Counted from the first letter of the stretch, positions 10,591 to 20,059 are shown. The stretch is DNA of 64,000 nucleotides from a bacterium (GCA_025774845.1 JALGZP010000004.1:1975-65974); one strand, 5' to 3'. Made by a program: numbers and translations. The notes: a model not told the origin generated them from the sequence alone.

Positions 10591-11609
10591 TTGAACACCT
10601 CTGCAAGCGCGTCCCTCGACTCCTTGATCAGATCCCGAACCGGCAGATCGAACGGACAGCGCTCCTCACACTGCCCGCATTCGTCACACTGATTGACCTT
10701 GTCGAGGAGACCCTTGTACATGTCTCTCTTCATAAAGGCCTCACCAACACGCTTGCTTATGTCCTCTATGTGGAGCATTAACGAAATCGGGATATCTCTC
10801 GGGCACGGCTGGCAGTAGTCACACCTTCTGCAGAAGGTTCTCCCCAGCTCGGTCTTTGTCCTCTCAGCCTGCGCAATCTCGGCCCCGGTAAGCGGGCGGA
10901 GACCTGACGCTGCCTCTACGTTCCCATCGACCTCGCCAACCGCCGCCATACCCGGGATCGCGATCACCCCCGGGGTAGAAAGAACGTACCTGATGGCAAC
11001 ATCGTACTGCTTGATACAGCCGCCACCCAGTGGCTTCATTGCGATCACGCCGAGGTCATTCTTGAGGGCCATCGGTATCACTTCCTTACCGGCCTCGTCC
11101 TCGACAAAACTATAAAGCACCTGGATGGTATCGAAGCGATCCGACGCGATAGCCTGCTTGAGTATTCCCAGGTTGTGGCTCGTAATACCGATAGAGCTCA
11201 CCCGCCCTTCCGATCGGAGCTCCTCAAGCGCCTCTAAAGCGCCATCCTTCGACATCACCGTCTTAAGCTCGTCGGTCTTGTTCACACAGTGAACTTGATA
11301 GAGATCGATCACATCGATACCCAGGTCGGAAAGACTCTGGTCAAAGTCTTCGAGCATCCCATCCCGGGTTCGCTCCGGCGATTTCGAAGCCAGAACGACC
11401 TTAGCATCTTGGGCCCCCATGGCCGTTCCTATCTTCCTCTCACTGTCCCCGTAGCCACGGGCCGTATCAAAAAAGTCGATTCCGTGCTCCAGGGCACGCT
11501 CGATGACCGCCGTCGCCTCGTCCTGCGTCACCCTCATGATCGGAATACCGCCGAACCCGAGCATTGAAACGGAAATTCCGGTTCGTCCCAACCGTCTCTT
11601 TTCAAGCAT
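10587..11609 (-). CDS. Aldo/keto reductase with C-terminal 4Fe-4S-type cysteine clusters
   Basis: AKR core ('GIDFFDTARGYGDSE') plus 'CRRCDYCQPCP' and 'CDECGQCEERCP' at the C-terminus. GGTGGAG lies before the ATG. Confidence 0.8.
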   Translation of the reverse strand: MLEKRRLGRTGISVSMLGFGGIPIMRVTQDEATAVIERALEHGIDFFDTARGYGDSERKIGTAMGAQDAKVVLASKSPERTRDGMLEDFDQSLSDLGIDVIDLYQVHCVNKTDELKTVMSKDGALEALEELRSEGRVSSIGITSHNLGILKQAIASDRFDTIQVLYSFVEDEAGKEVIPMALKNDLGVIAMKPLGGGCIKQYDVAIRYVLSTPGVIAIPGMAAVGEVDGNVEAASGLRPLTGAEIAQAERTKTELGRTFCRRCDYCQPCPRDIPISLMLHIEDISKRVGEAFMKRDMYKGLLDKVNQCDECGQCEERCPFDLPVRDLIKESRDALAEVFK

Positions 11610-11634
11610 GGCTCCACCTCAATCTTTCAATCTC

Positions 11635-11662
11635 AATATAGAGTATCACCTGATCCATTCAA
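11635..11662 (-). promoter_or_regulatory. Putative sigma-70-type promoter for the AKR/PP-loop/cca string
   Basis: The minus strand reads TTGAAT-16 nt-TATATT, about 25 nt upstream of ATG 11609. Confidence 0.45.
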
Positions 11663-11813
11663 AACGAAAAATCCGAATAGACCAAGTGCGCTGCGCCGGA
11701 GTGTCGCCGTACCTCTCAGCCCTTTAAACGCGGAGCGAGACCCGAAGATGTTGACGGCATAACCGTGACGTGGGATAGTAAAGTAGCAAGTTGGCATGGC
11801 AGAGGAGGCCACG

Positions 11814-12272
11814 ATGAAAGAAACCGGCAGGACAGTCCCGATGGCCCTTGCCGCAGTTCTTGTCGTAGCAGGGATCGCCGGAGCTGTCGTCTTCTATTAC
11901 CTCTCGCCGGGGGTAACCGAAAAACGAGAAGCCCGGCGCGCGGCCGCATACTACCACAAACGTTTCGTCGCCGAATTCGATTCACTCTTCAAGGCCCGGC
12001 TTCACCCGACCCTCTATCGTTCGGGCACGTTTACGGCATCCGGGTTTGACGCCGACCGTAAGACATGGACGGTCACGATAACCAAAGCAGACTGGGAAAG
12101 ACGCCCTGAGGGTTCCAGGAAGGACCTCGCAGCAAAACTTCTGACCGCCTTCAGCGGCGCCAGATCTCAAGCAGGAGGCGATCCCGACGGGGCGGAGGTT
12201 ATTATCAAGTATGAAGATGGTGAGCGAGTTGCCAGGTGCACACTTGCCGGAGGTACGGAGATCCTCAAGTAG
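11814..12272 (+). CDS. Hypothetical membrane-anchored protein
   Basis: ATG 11814 is preceded by GAGGAGG (the ORF opens at 11796). It has a single N-terminal TM helix 'VPMALAAVLVVAGIAGAVVFYYL' and a roughly 110-aa soluble domain. No family recognised. Confidence 0.55.
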   Translation: MKETGRTVPMALAAVLVVAGIAGAVVFYYLSPGVTEKREARRAAAYYHKRFVAEFDSLFKARLHPTLYRSGTFTASGFDADRKTWTVTITKADWERRPEGSRKDLAAKLLTAFSGARSQAGGDPDGAEVIIKYEDGERVARCTLAGGTEILK

Positions 12273-12314
12273 CCGGACACGGCAGGCATGTTGGTTTGAA
12301 GGGAGGATACACGG

Positions 12315-12692
12315 ATGGACAAGCACATAACTGTTGCAGCAGTGCTCAATCTCGCGTTCGGAATTCTGGGTGTTCTGGCCGCCTTCATGTTGTTTGTTCT
12401 CATCGCGGGTGCGGGAATTCTGTCATGCGATCCGCAGGCAATCAGAGTGACATGGATCGTAGGCACAGCGATCGCCTTTTTCCTTACCCTGACATCCGTG
12501 CCGGCCATCATCGGTGGAATAGGGCTCCTCAAGCGGAAATCCTGGGCGAGGATTCTGCTGCTCATTGTCTCAGCCCTGCAGCTTCTTGATATCCCCCTCG
12601 GAACCGCCCTGGGGATCTATACCATATGGGTGCTTATCCAGGATGAGACCAAGGTTCTCCTGGAAGCCCCTCCCCCGGCTGCCACACAATAG
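12315..12692 (+). CDS. Small polytopic membrane protein (3-4 TM), unknown function
   Basis: GGGAGGA lies before the ATG. Hydrophobic helices run throughout. It ends 14 nt before the sulfatase-like gene. Confidence 0.55.
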   Translation: MDKHITVAAVLNLAFGILGVLAAFMLFVLIAGAGILSCDPQAIRVTWIVGTAIAFFLTLTSVPAIIGGIGLLKRKSWARILLLIVSALQLLDIPLGTALGIYTIWVLIQDETKVLLEAPPPAATQ

Positions 12693-12705
12693 GACTGCAG
12701 GCATC

Positions 12706-14502
12706 ATGATCGGAACTGCAAAGAAGCTCTTTATCCTGATATTGACTTCCACTGTCCTGGCATGCGGCTCCGATGATCGTCCGCTCAATGTAGTGCTGAT
12801 TGGGGTCGACACGCTTCGGCCCGATCATCTGGGGGCGTATGGATACGAGCGTAATACGAGTCCGAATGTTGATGCCCTTGCCTCGGAGGGTGTGCTTTTC
12901 ACGAACGCGTCCAGTTCATCGCCCTGGACACTCCCGTCGTTCGCGACGGTCCTGACTTCGCTTTACCCCGCCCAGCATGGCGCAACTACCCTCGAGAGTG
13001 GTCTGAGAGAATCCGTGCCCACACTGGCAGGCACACTGAAAGCCAAAGGTTACTCAACAGGAGCAATCATAAATGCTCCGGTCCTGCGGGAGGAATTTGG
13101 GTTAGACAGAGGATTCGACCATTATGACGCGGCGGGACGTGATGAGAGGTTTGCGGACGACACCACATGGGATGCCCTTGAATGGATAGACTCCCGGAGC
13201 GGTGGACCCTTCCTTCTATTCGTACACTACTTCGACCCTCACCTCGCGTATTCACCACCATCTCCTTTTGACACACTCTTTTGCCCCGACTATCGGGGCC
13301 AGATCGGGAAATCGTTCGATCGAGTGGAAGCTAGAAAGGCAAGAGCATCGGATTTCAGAGACTTGGACATCCTGTCTCAGGCAGACTGGAACCGTATCAT
13401 ATCACTCTACGATGGTGAGATCGCGTTCACCGACAAGGCAATAGGGGACTTGATCCGTGGGCTGGGCGAGCGCGGCCTGAGGGAACGCACGCTGGTTGTT
13501 TTCTTAAGCGACCACGGTGAGGAGTTCTTTGAACATGCGGGCTTCGCCCATGGCCACTCCCTCTTCATGGAACTTCTGAGAGTCCCTCTCATGTTCTCAC
13601 TTCCCGGTGTCCTTCCCGCGGGTGGCCGATGTGCTGACCCGGTCCGCCTTATTGACGTAGCCCCGACTGTCCTCGATCTTCTGGGCTTTCGTGCGGATCC
13701 CAGTATCGAAGGTGTGTCCTTGAAATCTCTTCTTCTGGGCGGCGACAGAGCCCGCGCGTCGGAGACCAGCCTGCTGCCCCCATCGGCTGTCTACTCCGAA
13801 TCACTGCTCTATGGCAGTGAGAAGAAATGTCTCGCGCTGTATCCCTGGAAGCTCATATATGACGTGGCAACCGGTGAGAAGATCCTCTTCAATCTGGAAC
13901 AGGATCCCGGTGAACGCGTCGACCTAGTGCACAGCAGACCGGCGGAGCTGCGCTCTGCTGAGGAGATGCTGTTCACCACCTTCCTGTCGACCTCGGACAC
14001 CTGGTACGTCGAGATGGACGGTGGGGGTGACCAACATACCTTTGACATAAGGATCAGTGCGGGCCAGAAGCTGCTCGGCTGTAACATCTATCTTCAGAAG
14101 TTCCAGGATGCAGACGGGCAATTCACCTCGAGATATCAAACCACACTGACATCCCCCCCTAATCCAGTCCTCAAGGCAGTTGATCTCCAGATCACTGACA
14201 GGCTCACCCTTGCATTCAAGGTGGAGCCTAAGGGTGCCCCTATCGAGTTTGACTTCGCAATCGACGGTGAGCCGGCGCTCGAAAGGACATTCATGGGGCG
14301 TGTACTCGAAAGGCCGGCCCACATGCCGTTTATCCGCAGAGGTGGCCTGGCGGCGGCAAAACTGGCCGGAAACCCATCAAGCCGGCCCACTCCACCCTAT
14401 GTGCTCGTACGCTACCACAAGTACCGCTACAGTGAGGAATCCGCGGTGAAGCTGACCGAGCAGACCAAACGGGAGTTGCGTGCCATCGGCTACATCCAGT
14501 AG
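12706..14502 (+). CDS. Sulfatase-like alkaline-phosphatase-superfamily hydrolase/transferase, probable lipoprotein
   Basis: 'VVLIGVDTLRPDHLGAYGY' and 'LSDHGEEFFEHAGFAHGHS'. The signal 'LILTSTVLAC' starts from ATG 12706. The nucleophile region reads 'SSSPWTLPSFAT', with no C/S-x-P-x-R motif. The ORF-track start at 12565 would overlap the previous gene. Confidence 0.8.
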   Translation: MIGTAKKLFILILTSTVLACGSDDRPLNVVLIGVDTLRPDHLGAYGYERNTSPNVDALASEGVLFTNASSSSPWTLPSFATVLTSLYPAQHGATTLESGLRESVPTLAGTLKAKGYSTGAIINAPVLREEFGLDRGFDHYDAAGRDERFADDTTWDALEWIDSRSGGPFLLFVHYFDPHLAYSPPSPFDTLFCPDYRGQIGKSFDRVEARKARASDFRDLDILSQADWNRIISLYDGEIAFTDKAIGDLIRGLGERGLRERTLVVFLSDHGEEFFEHAGFAHGHSLFMELLRVPLMFSLPGVLPAGGRCADPVRLIDVAPTVLDLLGFRADPSIEGVSLKSLLLGGDRARASETSLLPPSAVYSESLLYGSEKKCLALYPWKLIYDVATGEKILFNLEQDPGERVDLVHSRPAELRSAEEMLFTTFLSTSDTWYVEMDGGGDQHTFDIRISAGQKLLGCNIYLQKFQDADGQFTSRYQTTLTSPPNPVLKAVDLQITDRLTLAFKVEPKGAPIEFDFAIDGEPALERTFMGRVLERPAHMPFIRRGGLAAAKLAGNPSSRPTPPYVLVRYHKYRYSEESAVKLTEQTKRELRAIGYIQ

Positions 14503-14526
14503 TCGATGATCTGTCCGGTGTGATGG

Positions 14527-14555
14527 TTGATTACCCTGCCCATTTGTGATATGAT
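14527..14555 (+). promoter_or_regulatory. Putative sigma-70-type promoter (extended -10)
   Basis: TTGATT-17 nt-TATGAT, with TGA immediately upstream of the -10 element, about 40 nt before ATG 14597. Confidence 0.5.
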
Positions 14556-14596
14556 AGCATTTGGGATATTGAGTAAGCAGACACTGGAGGCCTACA

Positions 14597-16642
14597 ATGA
14601 AGCAATCCACACTCGTTCTCCTGCTTGTGGTTACTATCAGTGTTACCGCAAGCCTACCAGCCCTCGGCGGTTCGGGTCTTAAGCCCCTTGCTGTCGAGCG
14701 CTTTCCCGATCCCGCCCAGTATGAGGTGGGCTCCCGGGAGTGGTTCAGGGCCGTCGAGGCGCTGAAATACAGGCCACTCGCCGACGCGAGCTTTATCGAC
14801 AATTGCCCGCATGATTTCGATGTGCTCCACTACGACATCACGCTTGATATCGATCTCGACAACGAGCTCATCTACGGCAATACCACGGTTCTATCCGTAA
14901 GCCAGGTGCCAGGACTCACATCGATCGATCTCGATTTCACGGTTCTCACCGTGGATTCCGTCTTTACCGGGGGTGATACCGCAAGCTATGTCTATGCCGA
15001 TCCGGTTCTCACCATAGACCTGGGCGATACCTATGCCGTCGATGACTCCTTCGACGTACGTGTGGTCTACCACGGCCATCCGGGTAACGAGGGGCCGGAC
15101 GGCTTCGGGGGCTTCTACTTCGGTGGTACCCCTACGATGGCATACCAGATGGGTGTCGGTCTGACGAGCGATCCACCGTCCATGGGCAAGTACTGGTTTC
15201 CGTGCTGGGACCAGCCGTGTGATAAGGCTACGGCGCAGTACCGCGTGACAGTTCCCGGTCTGGGTAAGCGGGCTGTGTGTAACGGCGTGCTTATAGATTC
15301 TTACAAGGATTCCACAGCAGTTACCTCCACCTATGTATGGTCGGAGACATACCAGATTGCACCACATCTCATGACGGTTCATGGCCGCAAGTATGCCGAG
15401 ATCGTTGACTCGACCTATGACTGGATCTACTACTGGGTATACCCCACCGATGCGGCGGACGCTCTCATTCACTTCCAGAACGTGGACATAATGATGGATG
15501 GCTATATAGAGCGCTACGGGCCGTATCCCTTTGACAAATTCGGGTACGCAGCTGCACCCAATGGCGACATGGAACACCAGACATGCGTCACACATGTTGC
15601 ATCCGTAATTCACCCCAACCATCTCTACGACTGGCTGCTCGCCCACGAGATGGCCCACCAGTGGTGGGGCGATTGTGTTTCGGTCAATGACTGGCGTGAC
15701 GTCTGGCTTAGCGAGGGTTTTGCCACCTACTCTGAGGCGGTCTTTAACGAGCACGCATACGGGATGGCGTCTTATCATAATTACATGCAGAACCACATCA
15801 TGAACCCGGTGCTTAACTCCGGCGAGAACTTCCCCATCTACGATCCCATCAACCTGTGGGGAACAACCGTGTATGAAAAGGGAGGTTGTATCCTCCACAT
15901 GCTGCGTCATGTTGTCGGGGACTCCATATTCCTGGAAAGTCTTGCCGCCTACCGGGAGGCTTACGAGTACGAGAGCGCCACAACGGTCCAGTTCCAGGCT
16001 GAGGTCGAGACCGTGAGCGGTCAGGACCTTGACTGGTTCTTTGACGAGTGGGTCTACGACAGGCACTGGCCTGAGTATGAATATTCCTGGCATGCCGAAG
16101 GTGTTAAGGCCGGCTACGATCTCAGTCTTATAATCGATCAGGTTCAGGTTACCGGCCCGGTTTATACCATGCCTGTTGAGGTGGGCATAACCACGGTCGC
16201 GGGTGACACGCTTGTCATCCTGTGGGTGGACGAGGCCCCCGATACCTTCAGCGTTTCGCTCACGTCCGAGCCCACAGCCGTGGAGCTCGATCCGGACAAC
16301 TGGATCCTCAATGAGGCAGCGGAAGTCCCGTACGCGGGTCTCGGCGGAAAGGTTACGGTAGCGCCCGGACTCAGGCTGGAACAGAACGCACCCAACCCCT
16401 TTGGCTCTACCACAACCGTCAGGTACTCGGTACCGAGGTCACAGCATGTGCGGCTTGAGATCTTTAACCCGTCTGGCCAGAAGGTTGTCACGCTTATCAA
16501 TGAGACGGTGCCGGCAGGCTGGAGAAATGTGTCCTGGGATGCACGCGATGCACGCGGAAAACCCGTGTCCCCCGGAACCTATTTCTGCCGGCTGAGTGCC
16601 GAGGATGGAACCAGGGTGCGACGTTTCATCCGGCTTCGATAG
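14597..16642 (+). CDS. M1-family zinc aminopeptidase with T9SS/FlgD-like C-terminal sorting domain
   Basis: 'LAHEMAHQWWGD' (HEXXH) followed by 'WLSEGFATY'. It has an N-terminal signal peptide. The last ~85 aa ('LEQNAPNPFGSTTTVRYSVP...GTYFCRLSAEDG...') match the T9SS C-terminal domain pattern. Confidence 0.88.
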   Translation: MKQSTLVLLLVVTISVTASLPALGGSGLKPLAVERFPDPAQYEVGSREWFRAVEALKYRPLADASFIDNCPHDFDVLHYDITLDIDLDNELIYGNTTVLSVSQVPGLTSIDLDFTVLTVDSVFTGGDTASYVYADPVLTIDLGDTYAVDDSFDVRVVYHGHPGNEGPDGFGGFYFGGTPTMAYQMGVGLTSDPPSMGKYWFPCWDQPCDKATAQYRVTVPGLGKRAVCNGVLIDSYKDSTAVTSTYVWSETYQIAPHLMTVHGRKYAEIVDSTYDWIYYWVYPTDAADALIHFQNVDIMMDGYIERYGPYPFDKFGYAAAPNGDMEHQTCVTHVASVIHPNHLYDWLLAHEMAHQWWGDCVSVNDWRDVWLSEGFATYSEAVFNEHAYGMASYHNYMQNHIMNPVLNSGENFPIYDPINLWGTTVYEKGGCILHMLRHVVGDSIFLESLAAYREAYEYESATTVQFQAEVETVSGQDLDWFFDEWVYDRHWPEYEYSWHAEGVKAGYDLSLIIDQVQVTGPVYTMPVEVGITTVAGDTLVILWVDEAPDTFSVSLTSEPTAVELDPDNWILNEAAEVPYAGLGGKVTVAPGLRLEQNAPNPFGSTTTVRYSVPRSQHVRLEIFNPSGQKVVTLINETVPAGWRNVSWDARDARGKPVSPGTYFCRLSAEDGTRVRRFIRLR

Positions 16643-16651
16643 CAAATCACT

Positions 16652-17626
16652 GTGAACCCGGCATCCGACTATCGCTTTGGATCATGGAAAGGCCCGGCCT
16701 GTGTCCTGGTCTGGTTCACGGTCATCCTGCTTGCAGCGACAAGCATCTGGGGCTACGAGACCGAGCATGTTGTTCTCGTGATCATTGACGGGCTGCGTTA
16801 CACGGAAGGGCTTGGCGACACCAACCATACCTACGTCCCGAGGATGTATGAGCTGAGCAAGCAGGGGGCGGTCGTTGAACCCTTTACAAATGACCGCCAC
16901 ACAAATACCCGGCGTGGCATACCTGCGATCTGGTGCGGCGGTTGGACCGAGGTGCCGACATTTGCAGACCGGCACTGCGGCGGGGTTGACAATCAATGCT
17001 GCGAGCTCCCGACCATATTCGAGTACTATCGCAAGCAGCTCTCCCGTCCTCAAGAAGACTGTATTTACGTTCTCGGCGATGTGGGTTGTATCTGGAAAGC
17101 AAGTTTTGACGCCGACTATGGACCAGACTATTGGCCACTTTATCATTGTGAAGGAAGTACGGACCTTGAGGTCTGGGACCAGGCCCAGGAAATACTCAAA
17201 GCATACCATCCCTCCTTCTTACTCTTCTATCTGGCCCGTGTAGATCACTTCGGCCACAGCGGGAGCTGGGGTTACTACACGCGATCCATTGAGATAGCCG
17301 ATGACATAGTAGGTATGCTCTGGGATTTCATCCAGGCCGATTCAGTTTATGCCAACACGACCACGATGTTCGTCACCAACGATCACGGCCGCCATACGGA
17401 TGATTTCTCCGGCCATGACTGTGACTGTGAAGGTTGCCGGACCATACAATTGCTTGCCGTGGGACCTGACATAAAGCAGGACCTGGTTTCAACTGTGCCG
17501 CGAACACTTTGCGACATCACACCGACAATCGGTGAACTGCTCGGCTTTGAAACGGAGAGAGCGTCAGGATCTGTGATGCACGAGCTTTTCGAGGGGCCCG
17601 ACACGACCCGCACCCCCTCCCGATGA
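16652..17626 (+). CDS. Alkaline-phosphatase-superfamily metalloenzyme (nucleotide pyrophosphatase/phosphodiesterase-like)
   Basis: 'VVLVIIDGLRYTEG', 'RVDHFGHSG' and 'VTNDHGRH' metal-ligand motifs, plus an N-terminal TM/signal segment. GTG start without an obvious SD. Confidence 0.7.
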   Translation: MNPASDYRFGSWKGPACVLVWFTVILLAATSIWGYETEHVVLVIIDGLRYTEGLGDTNHTYVPRMYELSKQGAVVEPFTNDRHTNTRRGIPAIWCGGWTEVPTFADRHCGGVDNQCCELPTIFEYYRKQLSRPQEDCIYVLGDVGCIWKASFDADYGPDYWPLYHCEGSTDLEVWDQAQEILKAYHPSFLLFYLARVDHFGHSGSWGYYTRSIEIADDIVGMLWDFIQADSVYANTTTMFVTNDHGRHTDDFSGHDCDCEGCRTIQLLAVGPDIKQDLVSTVPRTLCDITPTIGELLGFETERASGSVMHELFEGPDTTRTPSR

Positions 17627-17740
17627 CAGGGGCTTGACGCCTGCCGTGGATTTTGGTACGGTGATATTCTCAAGCTGGCAGCGAGACTTCTTTCCCCGGC
17701 TTGGTATGAAAGACCCCTGGATAAGAGGAGGAGCCTCATC

Positions 17741-18739
17741 ATGCGTATGTGTTGCGCCGTTGCGATAGTCCTGATTGCTGTTCTGACCATGGGTACCGTA
17801 ACAGATGCCGGGCCGAAGATCTCGGTGGGTGTGGACGGTGTGCGGGGGTTCGGGTACACGGACTACAGCATCTTAGTGTGCGAATACATCCCTGAGTATA
17901 TGTACACTTTCTGTGCGGAAAGCGAGCTTGAGTTCCCGATTAACCCATTCATGGCTCGTCTCTTCATGGATGTGGATGGAGCGTTTCCCGGGGGCACCCC
18001 CTGGGGCCTTCACGTAGACGTCGCAAAGAACATCAACGATCCGGGCGGCCCGATGAAGGATTCGGATTGGTTCAGCAGTCCCGGTAGTGAGATTCGCACC
18101 CAGTTCAGTTACACCGAGTCGGATGCCCAGCTAGGTGCATGGTTTCTCGATTTCAACGGGCGTGTGGTTTTCTACAGACACCCCAGATTCTCACTCGAGG
18201 GCATCCTCGGGTACAAATACCAGAAACTCACCTATGAGATGTTCGGTGTAGACGGGTGGGTACTATACGGTAATGAGCGTATGTATTACACCGAGTACGA
18301 GGGTATCAATGTGCTCGACTACGAAATCACGTACAGCATACCCTACGTCGGAATGGGTACTCACATTCACCCTGCACAGACCTGGGTCATATACACCGAG
18401 CTATCATACTCTCCCAAGACTTCCGCCAAGGATCTTGACGATCACCTTCTGCGGTTTAAGACCAGTGAGTCAGATTGCAGCGGGAAGTCACTCATCGGGG
18501 TACTGGATTTCACCTGGGCGCCGAGTCACGACGGTGAGGGACTCAGCTGGTTCATAGGGATTGGCGGCGACTTCATATATACAACCACCGAAGGCCTCCA
18601 AACACAGTCCTGGTACGGGGATGATCCCATTACGCCGGATCCGGAAGACGACGAGACAGGCACGAGTCTTCCCAACATCGATACCGATATCAAGAGATGG
18701 AGCCAGGAAGTCTACGTGCGCGTCGGCGCCAATTTATAG
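17741..18739 (+). CDS. Omptin-family outer-membrane protease homologue
   Basis: Signal peptide present. 'GGPMKDSDWFSSPG' aligns by eye with OmpT 'GGNMVDQDWMDSSNPG' (Asp83/Asp85). 'YSIPYVGMG' aligns with 'FKMPYIGLTG', and 'KDLDDHLL' with 'SDNDEHY' (Asp210/His212). GAGGAGGAG lies before the ATG. Confidence 0.7.
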   Translation: MRMCCAVAIVLIAVLTMGTVTDAGPKISVGVDGVRGFGYTDYSILVCEYIPEYMYTFCAESELEFPINPFMARLFMDVDGAFPGGTPWGLHVDVAKNINDPGGPMKDSDWFSSPGSEIRTQFSYTESDAQLGAWFLDFNGRVVFYRHPRFSLEGILGYKYQKLTYEMFGVDGWVLYGNERMYYTEYEGINVLDYEITYSIPYVGMGTHIHPAQTWVIYTELSYSPKTSAKDLDDHLLRFKTSESDCSGKSLIGVLDFTWAPSHDGEGLSWFIGIGGDFIYTTTEGLQTQSWYGDDPITPDPEDDETGTSLPNIDTDIKRWSQEVYVRVGANL

Positions 18740-18761
18740 TCTCCAAGGGTGCTTCTTCATA

Positions 18762-19988
18762 TCACTTCATGAACTCGGCCTTGATCCGGCCCCAGGTTGC
18801 GGGCTCAGTCGAAGCGCCACATGCACAGCCGGACACACCCGAACCGATGTCGATACTGCAGGTGTTGTTGCTTCCTAGGCAGGGCGAGCAGTCCTCCACG
18901 TTCGGACTAAGACCGGCAAGATCGCAGAACTTGGGATCGAGATGCATATTGTCGTTGATCGCGTCCATGCCCGAAATGCAGTCGACCCAGTCGCCCCCGT
19001 CATTGCCGTACATTATACAGCAGGTGACACTCGGGTCCCCGGGAGGCACCTCGCAGTATAACGCCATCCCGACCTGACCGAAAGCAATAACCGTTGCCTC
19101 CAGGGTCGGTGAGTCGTCCGATCCGCAGTGGATACCCGCACCTCCGAAGCCGCTGGAATCCGCAGCAAGGGTGCAGTTGATAAGAATCGGGTGGGCACCG
19201 CCCGTCCGTATCGCACCACCGCCAAAACTGGCCACGTTTGAGAAGAATGAGCAGTCCAGGAATACCGGCGAGCAACCCTCTTGGAGATCGAACCCGCCGC
19301 CCCAGAGTGACCGGTTCGCGATGAACGTGCAGCCCGTGAATTCAGGAACACCACCGTAGCCCCACATGGCACCACCGGCAAAGGCCGCCTCGTTTGAAAT
19401 GAACGAGCAGTAATAGAAGTCCGGTGATGAGTTGGTGCATAGAACGGCCCCGCCATAGCTGGTTGAGTAGTTGGTGGTAAAGACACAGTCGGTAAACGTG
19501 GGATCGGAGTCTAACAGATCCACCGCCCCACCCGGACCGTCGGAACTATCCGCAGAGAAAACACAGTTTGCGATCGTGGGGGAACTTCCGTTGCAGTTAA
19601 CGGCAGAGCCACTCCCACCGTAGCACCCCTGAATGGTGAACCCCTCCAATATCGTCTGAAAGGTCTCGCTATTACCAAGAAAGAAGCCCGTATGCCAGGA
19701 TGAAGAGGTCCCACCGCAGTCTATTACACAGCTAGAGGGATTCCCACTCTCGGAGCGCACCGTAATAGCCTTGCCCCAGAGATTCATATCGCGGTTTCCC
19801 TCCCCTGAGAATTGGCCATCTGCCAGTAATACCGTGTCCGGTGCCGATGCGGAATCGATACCGGCCTGAATAGTGGGTACATCACCCGACCCGTCATCTT
19901 TGATGTACCATGTACGGGCTGAAGTAACTGTGCCGCCGGGGCAAGCCCACAGAGCTGCAGCATCGGGCCTAACGAGATCAAAGGCCAT
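18762..19988 (-). CDS. Right-handed parallel beta-helix repeat protein (Pmp/pectate-lyase-like)
   Basis: Repeated 'GGA(V/I/M)...F..N/C' turns, 'DGSGDVPTIQAGIDSA' head and 'DPKFCD...SPCLG...IGSG' tail. There is no signal peptide and no SD, and an in-frame stop lies 6 nt upstream of the ATG. Confidence 0.7.
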   Translation of the reverse strand: MAFDLVRPDAAALWACPGGTVTSARTWYIKDDGSGDVPTIQAGIDSASAPDTVLLADGQFSGEGNRDMNLWGKAITVRSESGNPSSCVIDCGGTSSSWHTGFFLGNSETFQTILEGFTIQGCYGGSGSAVNCNGSSPTIANCVFSADSSDGPGGAVDLLDSDPTFTDCVFTTNYSTSYGGAVLCTNSSPDFYYCSFISNEAAFAGGAMWGYGGVPEFTGCTFIANRSLWGGGFDLQEGCSPVFLDCSFFSNVASFGGGAIRTGGAHPILINCTLAADSSGFGGAGIHCGSDDSPTLEATVIAFGQVGMALYCEVPPGDPSVTCCIMYGNDGGDWVDCISGMDAINDNMHLDPKFCDLAGLSPNVEDCSPCLGSNNTCSIDIGSGVSGCACGASTEPATWGRIKAEFMK

Positions 19989-20059
19989 GGAGAATTAGGT
20001 TGCCGCGCTCGCTGCGCGACCTCGCAATGACATGGGATGACGGTGCGGCGAATAAAAAC

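Noticed and set aside
12565-12705. N-terminal extensions offered by the ORF track: sulfatase-like gene from 12565, Mo-enzyme to 6157, truB to 55171, rbfA to 56520, deacetylase to 47344, infB to 58910, sigma to 29150.
   Set aside because: These extensions overlap the preceding genes by 40-150 nt and encode Arg/Pro/Cys-rich sequence unlike the family N-termini. Internal starts with SD sequences or signal peptides fit better.
14891-16093. Long antisense ORFs: 400 aa at 14891..16093 (-), 292 aa at 279..1157 (-), 334 aa at 29386..30390 (+), 341 aa at 31234..32259 (+), 320 aa at 47241..48203 (+), 267 aa at 39739..40542 (+), and others.
   Set aside because: Each lies opposite a gene with clear family motifs. 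Their products are low-complexity and Arg/Pro/Gly-rich with no recognisable domains. This is typical of shadow ORFs in GC-rich DNA.
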